A DNA stretch of 64,000 bases, from contig MHTJ01000003.1 of NCBI GenBank assembly GCA_001823065.1, forward strand, positions 181,460 to 245,459, given 5' to 3'. This document shows, in pieces, positions 17,468-26,801 of the stretch. A model generated the notes under the pieces. That model saw nothing but the letters and a program-made list of their open reading frames with translations, did not search any database and was not told the DNA's origin. The translations under genes were made by a program, and so were the position numbers. Origin of the DNA: Candidatus Vogelbacteria bacterium RIFOXYD1_FULL_44_32 (lineage in GTDB: Bacteria > Patescibacteriota > Minisyncoccia > Phycocordibacterales > XYD1-FULL-46-19). The stretch's first letter is position 1. Every line of letters starts with the position of its first letter.

Positions 17468-18526
17468 ATGTCAGCTAATTTTTGGCAAAACTTACCCAAA
17501 CCAATATTTACCCTCGCCCCCATGGCCGATGTCACTGACGCGGCTTTTCGGCAGATTATCGCTAAATATAGTCGACCTTACGGTCCCCATATTTTTTATA
17601 CCGAATTTGTCTCGGCTGATGGGCTAATGCATCCAGCTGGTCGAGCCAAACTTTTACGCGAGCTTTACTTTACGCCCGCCGAGCAACCGATCGTGGCCCA
17701 ACTTTTTACATCTAAACCAGCCAAAATGCGCGAAGCAGCCGCCTATGTGGCTGAACTTGGTTTTGCCGGAGTGGATATTAATATGGGTTGCCCAGACGAA
17801 GGAATAGAAAAACAAGGTTGTGGTGCCAGTCTCATTAAACACCCGGAACTCGCCCAAGAACTGATTTTGGCCGCCAAAGATGGGGCTGGTGACCTGCCAG
17901 TGTCGGTCAAAACGCGTATTGGCTACAACAAAGTAGAATTGGAAACCTGGGCGGCGGCACTTTTAGCAACCAAACCCGCTTCAATTACTTTTCACTGGCG
18001 CACCCGTAAGGAAATGTCTAAAGTGGGAGCGCATTGGGAACTAGCGGAAATTCCGGTCCAAATGGCCACAGGTTCGGGGGTGTTAATTTTAGGCAATGGC
18101 GATGTTGCTGATTTGGCCGACGCCCGCGCCAAAGTGGCACAGTCTGGTGTCGATGGCGTGATGATAGGCCGGGCCATCTACGGTAACCCATGGTTGTTTG
18201 CCGAAACTATACCAACCACAACGGAAAAATTGCAGGTTTTAGTTGAACACACTAAACTATTTTCTGATTTATTTTTGGCGGGCGAAACCAATGAAAAATT
18301 ATTTAATAGTCTAAATCAATCCTCCGGATTGATCGACCGAACAGACTCTGAAAGAAAGTCTGTTTTAGGTCATACCAAAAGTTTTGCCATGATGAAAAAA
18401 CATTTCAAGGCCTACGTTGATGGTTTTGCTGGAGCTTCGGAATTGCGGGCCAAATTAATGCTTCAGGACTCGGCGACGGGAGTGGCCGAGGTGGTCAAAC
18501 ATTTTTTGACAGATTTTGTCGGTTAA
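17468..18526 (+). CDS. tRNA-dihydrouridine synthase
   Basis: FTLAPMADVTDAAFRQI, the FMN-binding TIM barrel motifs (DINMGCP, catalytic Cys region), 352 aa. Confidence 0.9.
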   Translation: MSANFWQNLPKPIFTLAPMADVTDAAFRQIIAKYSRPYGPHIFYTEFVSADGLMHPAGRAKLLRELYFTPAEQPIVAQLFTSKPAKMREAAAYVAELGFAGVDINMGCPDEGIEKQGCGASLIKHPELAQELILAAKDGAGDLPVSVKTRIGYNKVELETWAAALLATKPASITFHWRTRKEMSKVGAHWELAEIPVQMATGSGVLILGNGDVADLADARAKVAQSGVDGVMIGRAIYGNPWLFAETIPTTTEKLQVLVEHTKLFSDLFLAGETNEKLFNSLNQSSGLIDRTDSERKSVLGHTKSFAMMKKHFKAYVDGFAGASELRAKLMLQDSATGVAEVVKHFLTDFVG

Positions 18527-18587
18527 GAAACAAATTAGATCGCTCTGATTGTGGCTTTAATGACAGTCGGGGCAGTATATATTACAA

Positions 18588-18983
18588 TTGAAGTTAATGA
18601 ATTGGCTGACCTTAGCCCCCCAGTATTTTTATTGGCACTATACTAAAGGTGCAAAGGATTTTATTGCTGTCTGGAGTAATTTGCTTTGGTTTGAATTTCA
18701 CTTTTTTTCCGTACCCATAATGGTAAGAACACTTTTTGTCCCTTTTCGCCGTTTAGGCGAAAGTTATCCCAAATTTGCCAATATCTGGGAGTATTTTTCG
18801 GCCTTCATTGTCAATACCCTAATGCGGCTGGTGGGGGCGGTCCTGCGGTTTGTTATCATTATTATTGGTCTGGTAACTTGGATTTTATTGTTTTCACTTG
18901 GTCTGCTGGCTTTTCTGATTTGGTTAATTTTACCAGCATTACTGGTATTTATGTTTATTAAGGGGGTTTATTATCTCACCTAG
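18588..18983 (+). CDS. Small polytopic membrane protein, hypothetical
   Basis: Three or four predicted hydrophobic helices. Lies immediately upstream of the membrane AAA+ protein. Confidence 0.45.
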   Translation: MKLMNWLTLAPQYFYWHYTKGAKDFIAVWSNLLWFEFHFFSVPIMVRTLFVPFRRLGESYPKFANIWEYFSAFIVNTLMRLVGAVLRFVIIIIGLVTWILLFSLGLLAFLIWLILPALLVFMFIKGVYYLT

Positions 18984-18987
18984 CTTT

Positions 18988-21447
18988 ATGGCTCACCCCC
19001 TCCGTCACATAGTCGTCGGCACTGAATTTTATCCGGCCTATCATCTGGAAAGTCTTTTTTCGCACCATCGGCGCCATCAGATTTTGAGGATTTTTACTAC
19101 TGTCACAACCATCCTAATCATCGTGGCGATTTTGCAATTTTTTCTAGCCTCTTTGTCACTACTGCCGACTGACCATTTCTTTATTTCTTGGTTGGCGGAA
19201 AAAGTTTTGGCTCTAATATTTATTTTTTTACCCTTAGCTACCGCCCTCTATTGTCTCGAAGCCTTTTTTCGCTCGTATTTTATGACGGAAGAAAAAAGAG
19301 TAGGTCAAACTTCACCTTTTGTTTATGAAGTTGGTCACATTTTATATACAGCCAAGAGTGAAGATATTTTGACCGCTTTCTTGTCAGCCATCTATGGTCG
19401 GAGGATTATGCTTAGACTAGGTCTGGGGCCGGCCGAGATTAAAAGTCTAATTATTGGTCGGGCTCTAACCAAAAGTGATTTACCAGTAGGCACGGCCGGG
19501 CCTCTAACCCTGGTTGAGCTGACTCAATATCTTTGGTCAACCAATAAAGATTTTTCCGATTTACTGTTTACGGCTGGAGTGCAGGCCACTGACCTAGTTG
19601 GGGCCAGTGCTTGGGTGGAGCGGGATCTAGAGGAAGAAAAGGAGGCAGAGTGTTGGTGGCGCCGGGATAAACTTGAAGCCATACCCAGTCTTGGCCGTGA
19701 TATGGCCTATGGTACAGTCTACACTCTAAAGCGCTATGGCGCGGAAATGAAGGTGCCAGCTAGTCTTATCCGCTTTGCGGCCACTCTGCGCCAAAAAGAA
19801 GTTAAACAACTAGAGACTACTTTACAGCGGGGGCGTGAGACCAATGCTCTGCTAGTGGGGGAGACGCATGAGGCCGCTTTAGAAACTTTACGGCAGTTGG
19901 CTAGTCGGATTAAGGCTGGCGTGGTTGGCCACGAGCTTGAACATCGGCGGGTTTTTGTTTTTGATACAGCTCTTTTTCTGTCTAGTTTTAAAAATAAAAG
20001 TGAAATGGAGTTGGAATTTCAAAAGGCCATGACCGAAGCGGTGCAAGCCGGCAACTTGATTTTAGTTCTAAACTCGCTGGAAACTTTACTTCATGGTTTT
20101 GAATCTATGGGCAGTGAGGCCGTGGCTTTGCTAGAGCCCTACTTAAAATCTTCTCGGCTCCAAATTGTGGGCATAGTTGAAAACGCTGTTTTTCAGCAGG
20201 CGATCGGGCCCGGGAGCGTCTTGTCTTCTTTATTTGAAAAAATTGTAGTCGCTAATCCGGAGCCGGCTGATTTGGTTTGGCTGTTGGAGCGAGCGGCAGG
20301 CCAGGCGGAAGTTGAACATAGTTTGTTTTTCACTTATCAATCACTGGTGACGATGATTGAGAGTGCCGTCCAATATTACAGTGGTGATAATATTTTAGAT
20401 AAAGCGCTTGATATTTTAACGGAAGTGTCTATTGCCCTAGCTAAAGCCGGTAAAACTGTGGTGAGTAAGGCCGATATTTTAGAGTTTGTCGGTAAAAAAA
20501 CCAATATCCCCCTCGGTGTAATTTCGCCTGAGGAAAAAACTAAGTTGTTGGATTTGGAAAAGATTTTACACGAGCGGGTTATTGGCCAAGACGAGGCGGT
20601 AAGAGCGGTAGCCGAAAGTTTACGACGGGCCCGCGCCGCCACAACCAATCCTAGCCGGCCCCTCGGGACCTTTCTTTTTCTTGGCCCGACTGGGGTGGGC
20701 AAAACCGAAACAGCCAAGGCCCTGGCCGCTGTATTTTTTAATGATGAAAATAAAATGTTGCGACTAGATATGTCCGAATATCAAGGGACCGAGGCCCTAG
20801 GGGCATTGGTCGGCTCCTTTGCCTCCGGCAAAGCGGGCTTGCTTTCCACGATGTTGCGGGAAAAACCTTATGCGGTATTACTTTTAGATGAATTTGAAAA
20901 AGCCTCAGCCGAAGTGCGTAATTTATTTTTGCAAATTCTCGACGAGGGGCGGTTTGCCGATGGGAGTGGTAAGCCAGTCAATGCCCGTAATACTATTATT
21001 GTGGCCACTTCTAATGCTGGCGCCGATTATATCTGGGAGAAAATAAGTGGCGGTGAAAGTACTGCTTCGATTAAAACTGAACTCATAGATCGGTTGGTCA
21101 AAGCGGGGACCTATACGCCAGAGCTTCTAAACCGCTTTGATGCCGTGGTGGTTTTTCATCCGTTGGTGGGCGAAAATTTGCAACAGGTGGCCGGTCTGAT
21201 GCTCGGCAAGCTGGCCGAGCGTCTGGCCAAGCAGGGGCTTAAACTTATCGTTACGCCCGAGCTATCTTTATATGTGGCTCAAAACGGGGCTGATCCAAAA
21301 TTTGGGGCCCGGCCAATGAATCGTTTTATTCAAGACAAAATTGAAGCGGTGATAGCGGAGGCAATTATTCGTGACAGCTTAGGGGCGGGGACCACCATTA
21401 CCATTACTGGTTTTGCGACTGGAAAATTGGTAGTGGCTAGGGTCTAA
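18988..21447 (+). CDS. Membrane-anchored Clp/Hsp100-like AAA+ ATPase with a degenerate D1 and an intact D2
   Basis: N-terminal TM helices. The D1-like region has lost Walker A (LLVGETHEAALETL instead of GEPGVGKTA). D2 is canonical: GPTGVGKTETAKALA, LLLDEFEKA, sensor-2 GARPMNR. Confidence 0.75.
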   Translation: MAHPLRHIVVGTEFYPAYHLESLFSHHRRHQILRIFTTVTTILIIVAILQFFLASLSLLPTDHFFISWLAEKVLALIFIFLPLATALYCLEAFFRSYFMTEEKRVGQTSPFVYEVGHILYTAKSEDILTAFLSAIYGRRIMLRLGLGPAEIKSLIIGRALTKSDLPVGTAGPLTLVELTQYLWSTNKDFSDLLFTAGVQATDLVGASAWVERDLEEEKEAECWWRRDKLEAIPSLGRDMAYGTVYTLKRYGAEMKVPASLIRFAATLRQKEVKQLETTLQRGRETNALLVGETHEAALETLRQLASRIKAGVVGHELEHRRVFVFDTALFLSSFKNKSEMELEFQKAMTEAVQAGNLILVLNSLETLLHGFESMGSEAVALLEPYLKSSRLQIVGIVENAVFQQAIGPGSVLSSLFEKIVVANPEPADLVWLLERAAGQAEVEHSLFFTYQSLVTMIESAVQYYSGDNILDKALDILTEVSIALAKAGKTVVSKADILEFVGKKTNIPLGVISPEEKTKLLDLEKILHERVIGQDEAVRAVAESLRRARAATTNPSRPLGTFLFLGPTGVGKTETAKALAAVFFNDENKMLRLDMSEYQGTEALGALVGSFASGKAGLLSTMLREKPYAVLLLDEFEKASAEVRNLFLQILDEGRFADGSGKPVNARNTIIVATSNAGADYIWEKISGGESTASIKTELIDRLVKAGTYTPELLNRFDAVVVFHPLVGENLQQVAGLMLGKLAERLAKQGLKLIVTPELSLYVAQNGADPKFGARPMNRFIQDKIEAVIAEAIIRDSLGAGTTITITGFATGKLVVARV

Positions 21448-21510
21448 GCTCTAAAAAAATACAAAATAAGCTGTTTTTCGGCATAGCTAAAAACTGCTAT
21501 ACTACAGTCG

Positions 21511-22557
21511 ATGTCGCACGAAGTTCTCTATCGTAAATATCGTCCCCACACTTTTGCCGAAGTCGCGGGGCAGGAGCATATTGTCTCGGCGCTCGAAAAC
21601 CAAGTTAAAACTGGCAATTTTGGGCATGCCTATCTTTTTTATGGCAGTCGGGGTACTGGCAAGACCTCGGTGGCGCGGATTTTTGCCCGGGCGCTCGGTT
21701 GTACCGATAAAGACCTATACGAAATAGACGCCGCTTCCAACAATGGAATCGATGATGTCCGTGAGCTTCGTGATGGGGTACGGACTTTGCCTTTTGAGTC
21801 ACCGCTTAAGGTTTATCTCATCGACGAGGTTCATATGCTGTCCAAGCCCGCTTTCAATGCTTTGCTAAAAACGCTAGAAGAGCCACCGGCCCATGTGGTG
21901 TTTATTTTAGCGACCACCGAATTGCACAAAGTGCCCGACACTATTATTTCCCGTTGTCAGATGCAGACTTTTTATCGCCCGTCGTCAGAGGTACTGGCGG
22001 ATGTAGTCAAAAAAATCACTAAAAAAGAAGGATCAAAGATAGATACCGAGGGGGCGCGACTGGTGGCTTTTTTAGGTGATGGTTCTTTTCGGGATACGCT
22101 TGGGGTTTTACAAAAAGTTTTGGCGGGAACAGGGGAGGGCGAGATTACAGTTGAAATTGTTGCCAATATTACTGGCGTGCCCGAAGTCAGCCAGATTCAC
22201 AGTTTTTTGTTGGCGCTTTTAGATGCACGGGCGGCTGAAGCGCTCGAGATTTTGGAAAAGATTGCGACTCACAATCGTGATATTAAAATCTTTAGTCGGC
22301 GCGTGTTAGACGAGCTACGTCTCGCCATGCTGATTAAATATGCGCCGGAGATGAGAAAAGAGATTGAGCAAATTGCTGATAAAGAACGACTAGCTTTTTT
22401 TACCCAATTGGCCACGCACCCTAACTCGACCAAAATCTCGGCCGTACTCAAAGAACTACTTGAAAGTCACGATTTAATTGGTACAACTTCTTTAGCCCAA
22501 ATTCCGCTGGAGCTCGCGGTGGTGAGTATCACTGAAAAACTAAAGCATGCGCAATAA
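21511..22557 (+). CDS. dnaX: DNA polymerase III subunit gamma/tau, short form
   Basis: FAEVAGQEHIV...GHAYLFYGSRGTGKTSVARIFARALGC, DEVHMLS, SRC motif TIISRCQ. 348 aa. Confidence 0.85.
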   Translation: MSHEVLYRKYRPHTFAEVAGQEHIVSALENQVKTGNFGHAYLFYGSRGTGKTSVARIFARALGCTDKDLYEIDAASNNGIDDVRELRDGVRTLPFESPLKVYLIDEVHMLSKPAFNALLKTLEEPPAHVVFILATTELHKVPDTIISRCQMQTFYRPSSEVLADVVKKITKKEGSKIDTEGARLVAFLGDGSFRDTLGVLQKVLAGTGEGEITVEIVANITGVPEVSQIHSFLLALLDARAAEALEILEKIATHNRDIKIFSRRVLDELRLAMLIKYAPEMRKEIEQIADKERLAFFTQLATHPNSTKISAVLKELLESHDLIGTTSLAQIPLELAVVSITEKLKHAQ

Positions 22558-22987
22558 TTTACTAATTCTGGTGGTGGTTATTATTTTGGTCGCCATTTGG
22601 TGGTTTAGTTTACGGGCTCCAACGGCCGATAAAGAAATAGTCAGTCTAGGTAAAGTTAATATTCCCGTGGAAGTAAGTCGGACACCCACCGAGTGGGGCC
22701 AAGGTTTGTCGGGGCGGAAGTCACTACCGGCTGGCGAGGGGATGCTCTTTGTTTTTCCGGCCCCCGCAATTCAAGAATTTTGGATGCCCGATATGCATTT
22801 CCCGCTGGATATTGTCTGGATTACTGGTGGCCAGGTGGTGGGGATAGAGGCCAATGTCAGCAATGATTTTGACCCCCAGCACCCCAAGTATTACCACTCG
22901 CCCGTGCCGGTGGAATATGTGCTTGAGTTGAACGCGGGGTTTATGGCCAAAAATGGGCTGAAGGTAGGGACAGAAGTAAAAATTTAA
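22547..22987 (+). CDS. DUF192 family protein (COG1430-like)
   Basis: Signal/TM start and the conserved DMHFPLDIVWI motif. Confidence 0.55.
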   Translation: MRNNLLILVVVIILVAIWWFSLRAPTADKEIVSLGKVNIPVEVSRTPTEWGQGLSGRKSLPAGEGMLFVFPAPAIQEFWMPDMHFPLDIVWITGGQVVGIEANVSNDFDPQHPKYYHSPVPVEYVLELNAGFMAKNGLKVGTEVKI

Positions 22988-23046
22988 ATTTGTAATTTGC
23001 CCCGTTAGATTGCGTTAAGCCCTTAAATATTGCAGAATATCGATAT

Positions 23047-23117
23047 TGCCGGATCGTCTAAAGGTAGGACATGAGCCTTTGAAGCTCAGTATCTTGGTTC
23101 GATTCCAAGTCCGGCAG
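23047..23117 (+). tRNA. tRNA-Gln (anticodon UUG)
   Basis: U1:A72 acceptor (TGCCGGA/TCCGGCA, discriminator G). Anticodon loop CUUUGAA. T-arm TTGGTTCGATTCCAA. Confidence 0.8.
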
Positions 23118-23140
23118 CTAGGAGTTTTTTGTAAAAAACG

Positions 23141-23262
23141 ACGAGACTGTCCGGCTTGGAATCGAACAGGAGTGGGGTCGGGAGAACATATGGTCTCCCG
23201 TGGAGGAAGGATTGGGAAAACCGAGGGTTTCCCAGGGGTGAGATATCCAAGTCCGGTAGCCA
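23141..23262 (+). ncRNA. Diverged tRNA-adjacent structured element E3 (same family as E1/E2), ending ...TCCAAGTCCGGTAG-CCA
   Basis: The 5' part GTCCGGCTTGGAATCGAAC is the reverse complement of the tRNA-Gln 3' end. The 3' part copies the tRNA-Gln 3' end plus CCA. Internal GTCGGGAG... and GGGAAACC/GGTTTCCC-AGGGG-GAGA-ATCC resemble the E1/E2 core. Confidence 0.3.
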
Positions 23263-23279
23263 ACTCGCGCTAGCACAAA

Positions 23280-23630
23280 ATGCTTAGCTTAAATACAATC
23301 ATGAAAAATAATTATGGTTTACCAAAAACAGAATTGCAAAAAATCTTTGAAAGAGACAAGGTTTGTGTCTACTGTAAAAAGAAAATGCTTGGACACATTT
23401 CAGATAACCCTCGTAGCGATTGGTATACTATTGAGCATTTAAATTATTTGCCACCATGGAATAACCCAAGCACCGTTACTATTTGTTGTTGGGGTTGTAA
23501 CTCTAGTCGTGGAAATAAAAAGATTAGGGATTGGTTTAAAACCCCTTATTGTTTAGATAAAAATATTAATGAAAAAACCGTATCAAAGTTTGTGTATAGA
23601 TATATATCAGATGTTGAGGATAGGAAATAA
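23280..23630 (+). CDS. HNH endonuclease, AT-rich
   Basis: CVYCKKKM...TIEHL...ICCWGCNSSRGNK gives the CxxC...H...N...CxxC HNH pattern. About 33% GC. Confidence 0.6.
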   Translation: MLSLNTIMKNNYGLPKTELQKIFERDKVCVYCKKKMLGHISDNPRSDWYTIEHLNYLPPWNNPSTVTICCWGCNSSRGNKKIRDWFKTPYCLDKNINEKTVSKFVYRYISDVEDRK

Positions 23631-23833
23631 GGAGACGATCGAAGACAACAAAATAATGATGAAATTATTAGCTTTTACACTTAGAAAGAGTCATTCCGAG
23701 GAGGGTCAAAATGGTAGAATTAGAATAGCTAAAAAATCTTTGTGGGGTAAGGTATAAAAATATCCGAATCCGATGAGGCCAGCCAACGCGAGCCAGGTTT
23801 AACCCCAAAAATCATCGCAATCTATATTAATTC

Positions 23834-24763
23834 ATGTCGACACACAAAACTACAGTAGATGAGAAGGTCGTGTTAGATTTTCTACAAGAGAATTTTTCTA
23901 ATCAAATTTCTAATTTTGAAGTTATTGTTGGTGGCGAGGGTTCGCAAGCTTATAGCTTCAATGTATTGGCAGACCAATACGTCATTAGAATAAATAAACA
24001 TTGGACCCGAGGATTTAAAAAAGACGAGTATGCTTTTACTCATTTTGTCTCACCTTCACTACCTATTCCAAAAGTAATAAAAATTGGAAAAATCAATGAA
24101 AATCTGCGTTTTTGCATATCACAAAAAGTAGGGGGAAAAATTTTAAATGAATTTTCTAGTGGAGAACTAGTCCCGCTATTACCCCAATTGTTTCAGGTTT
24201 TGGACACCATCCATACTATAGATATAAGCCAAACAACAGGCTACGGAAAATGGGATGCCGAAGGAGTGGGAGAAAAAACAAGTTGGAAGGAATATATTTT
24301 GAGTGTTGATACTTTTGCAAAGGGTGAGGATGGCAAGCCGAGTCTGTTTGAAACGACTTTTCTGGAAAAAGATTTTTGGGATAAAACTTATACTAGACTT
24401 GCCGACTTGGTAAAATATTGTCCTAAAGAAAGATTTTTAGTCCATGGTGATTATGGCTTTAATAATGTTTTGTCGGATGGCAATAAAATCACCGGAGTAA
24501 TTGATTGGGAAGGTTCGATATATGGGGATTTTCTTTTTGATATAGCTTGGCTCAGTTTCTGGTCTTACAATCTAGATTATCAGAACTTGTATTTGGAATA
24601 CTCAAAAAATAAAGGGGTTGAGATTCAAAATTTTAATGAACGGATGCTTTGCTACAAGTTGCATATTGGCCTAGGGAGCTGTAGTTTCTTTGCATATTCG
24701 GGCCAGGAGGAAAAGTACAGAAAAGCCAAGGATGCTATAGAAAAATTGTTGAATTTGAATTAG
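23834..24763 (+). CDS. Aminoglycoside phosphotransferase, hygromycin-B 4-O-kinase (APH(4)/Hph)-like
   Basis: Block-by-block similarity to E. coli Hph as I recall it: GEGSQAYSF/GEESRAFSF, YVIRIN/YVLRVN, FKKDEYAFTHFVSPSLPIPKV/FYKDRYVYRHFASAALPIPEV, CISQKVGG/CISRRAQG, FLVHGDYGFNNVLSDGNKITGVIDWEGSIYGD/HLVHADFGSNNVLTDNGRITAVIDWSEAMFGD. Confidence 0.8.
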   Translation: MSTHKTTVDEKVVLDFLQENFSNQISNFEVIVGGEGSQAYSFNVLADQYVIRINKHWTRGFKKDEYAFTHFVSPSLPIPKVIKIGKINENLRFCISQKVGGKILNEFSSGELVPLLPQLFQVLDTIHTIDISQTTGYGKWDAEGVGEKTSWKEYILSVDTFAKGEDGKPSLFETTFLEKDFWDKTYTRLADLVKYCPKERFLVHGDYGFNNVLSDGNKITGVIDWEGSIYGDFLFDIAWLSFWSYNLDYQNLYLEYSKNKGVEIQNFNERMLCYKLHIGLGSCSFFAYSGQEEKYRKAKDAIEKLLNLN

Positions 24764-24792
24764 TCTAAATAATATTAAATAAATTAAACCTT

Positions 24793-25317
24793 ATGATCAC
24801 CCCCGAACAAGAAGCGTGGATAAATACTCTGTCCGACCGGACTATTTCTATTTTCCCATATGACCCAAAAGCAGAAGAGCTGTTTAAGGTGGTTAGCGAT
24901 AAAATACACGATCTGTTAGGGGAAGATGTGCTAGTAGAACATAGTGGTTCCACTATTTTCGGTATTGCCGGCCAAGATGAAATAGATGTCGCGGTGGTGG
25001 CGTCTAAGGCCCAATTTGCCGACTATATTCCCAAACTTGAAACGATATTTGGTCCAGTGCGCTCAAGCTACCCCGACCGGGCACGATTTGAGGTGAAAGA
25101 GGCTGGCAAGAAAATAGATTTGAAAATTGTTGATGTGGACCACCCCAACTACAGAGAGGGAAAAATTTTTGAAGACTATCTCAAGACCCACCCCGCCGAC
25201 CTTGAATACTACAAAGTTTTCAAAGAGGAGTCCGATGGTCTCACCTTAAAAGAATATTACCGCCGAAAAATCGAATTTACTAATGAAATATTAGCTAAGG
25301 CGGGAGTTCAGATTTAA
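24793..25317 (+). CDS. GrpB-family nucleotidyltransferase-fold protein
   Basis: VEHSGSTIFGIAGQDEIDVAVV matches the GrpB (COG2320) hGSTxxxGxxxxxxIDI motif. 174 aa. Confidence 0.55.
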   Translation: MITPEQEAWINTLSDRTISIFPYDPKAEELFKVVSDKIHDLLGEDVLVEHSGSTIFGIAGQDEIDVAVVASKAQFADYIPKLETIFGPVRSSYPDRARFEVKEAGKKIDLKIVDVDHPNYREGKIFEDYLKTHPADLEYYKVFKEESDGLTLKEYYRRKIEFTNEILAKAGVQI

Positions 25318-25409
25318 TTTGTTTTTTATATTTTTTCTCGACATTTTTATAAATAGTTTTACAATACAACCAGAGCTCTGATACTTGGGCAAAAGTAAAG
25401 GAGGATGTC

Positions 25410-25631
25410 GTGGGCAGATATAAGAAAATTGTGGTGGATGCAGCGGCGCGGATGCAGGCCCAGCTAACGGAAATGCTGGGTGACTTAAACCGCTGGTTTA
25501 CGGGGATTGCGGTCGGTCACGACCCCAATCCGCACGAAATGGTCATGCACTACATCCACAGTGGCGGAGCCGAGGATTTTGCTCGGCGCCACGAAAATGA
25601 CTTCCTGGTGGAAGTCGAAGAGGAGGAATGA
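25410..25631 (+). CDS. Hypothetical protein (73 aa), GC-rich, GTG start
   Basis: AAGGAGG lies 9 nt upstream of the GTG. Followed by a strong terminator. Confidence 0.4.
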   Translation: MGRYKKIVVDAAARMQAQLTEMLGDLNRWFTGIAVGHDPNPHEMVMHYIHSGGAEDFARRHENDFLVEVEEEE

Positions 25632-25641
25632 ATTTGGGTTA

Positions 25642-25682
25642 CCTGAGCGCCGCCCCCGGCGGCGCTCAGGTTTCTTTTTTCT
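25642..25682 (+). terminator. Rho-independent terminator
   Basis: CCTGAGCGCCGCC-cccg-GCGGCGCTCAGG followed by TTTCTTTTTT. Confidence 0.8.
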
Positions 25683-25740
25683 TAATTTTCTGGTTTAATC
25701 TTGGCAGAAAAAGCGCTGTGGCGCGGAAAGGAGAGCAGGT

Positions 25741-26158
25741 TATGTTTTGGTATTTATTATTTGGGTGGGTGTTGCCGGATACCTACGTCATGGACCGATG
25801 TTTGGAAGGTGTCTCGCATTTTGCTTATCTTCTTGACTGGGCTAAGGACCAGCGGTTTATCCTCAATCGTGAGGATATTAGAGCGGCTAAAGACTGGATG
25901 CGCTGGGAGAAGAGGGCAGTGGAGCGAGGGTATATTCCAGTGGCAGCGGAAAATTATCATGACCACCTGGAAGAACATGGTTACTGTCTCCTAGAGTTTG
26001 ACGGTCCCATAGAACCGCAAACCTATGCCCTTCCATTTTGGAACACTCATCGGCTGTGGGAGAGTAAACCGTGTTTGTATCCGGGAGTGGCTACGGGAGA
26101 GCCCTTTTCTCGAGAAACTGCCCAACAAGGGGCTGAGTTTTCAGTGCCAAAGCGGTAG
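25741..26158 (+). CDS. Hypothetical protein (139 aa), GC-rich
   Basis: GGAAAGGAGAG RBS before the ATG at 25741. The listed longer ORF would start inside the upstream terminator. Confidence 0.45.
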
Positions 26159-26171
26159 ATAGGCTAATAGT

Positions 26172-26208
26172 GGGGGCGGGGTGCGCGAAGCGCGCCCCGC
26201 CCCTTTTT
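26172..26208 (+). terminator. Rho-independent terminator
   Basis: GGGGGCGGGGTGCGCG-aa-GCGCGCCCCGCCCC followed by TTTTT. Confidence 0.85.
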
Positions 26209-26456
26209 ACAAAATACATCTGTTGATAAGCCAAGTAGGCAAAAATAATAAGGGGTATATAATTTTAAATATGAATTCAAACGAATTATTTGAAGATTCT
26301 GCCGTCGCGGTTTTAGAGCAAGAAAGAGGTATTGAATTTGCTCTGGCGGAAATGGAATCAACCCTCGAACACCCTCGGTCCCAGCATAGCCATGTGTGGG
26401 ATAGGCTGGTGGAGCAAGCTATGAATGAGCTAATGAGTGGTAAATAATTTTAAAAA

Positions 26457-26768
26457 ATGTCGACTTTTCTAGCGGATATTCCCCAACTAATTAAGGAACT
26501 AGGCTTTACTTCTCTTCCTAATGACAAACAAGCGGATTATTTGTCACGACTGGAGGAAATAATTTCTAGCCGGATCAACGTCGCGGTGCTCGAACGTTTG
26601 TCGGAAGAAGGTCATACCTATTTTATTTCCTTGGTCGAACAGGGTCGAGACGACGATGCTCTCGCTTATGTGCAAAATCAAATTTCAGATTTAACAGACT
26701 TGGTCAAACAAGTGACCAAGCAGGCCATTGAAGATTTTCTTTTTTTACGAAAGAAAGAGCAAAGCTAG
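26457..26768 (+). CDS. Hypothetical protein (103 aa)
   Basis: Intact ORF, no recognised family. Confidence 0.4.
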   Translation: MSTFLADIPQLIKELGFTSLPNDKQADYLSRLEEIISSRINVAVLERLSEEGHTYFISLVEQGRDDDALAYVQNQISDLTDLVKQVTKQAIEDFLFLRKKEQS

Positions 26769-26801
26769 GCAATTTGTAATAAAACTAATATTAGGCCATC
26801 T

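Noticed and set aside
23015-23275. ORFs 23015..23263(-) and 23046..23273(+)
   Set aside because: They overlap tRNA-Gln and the hairpin-rich E3 region. No RBS.
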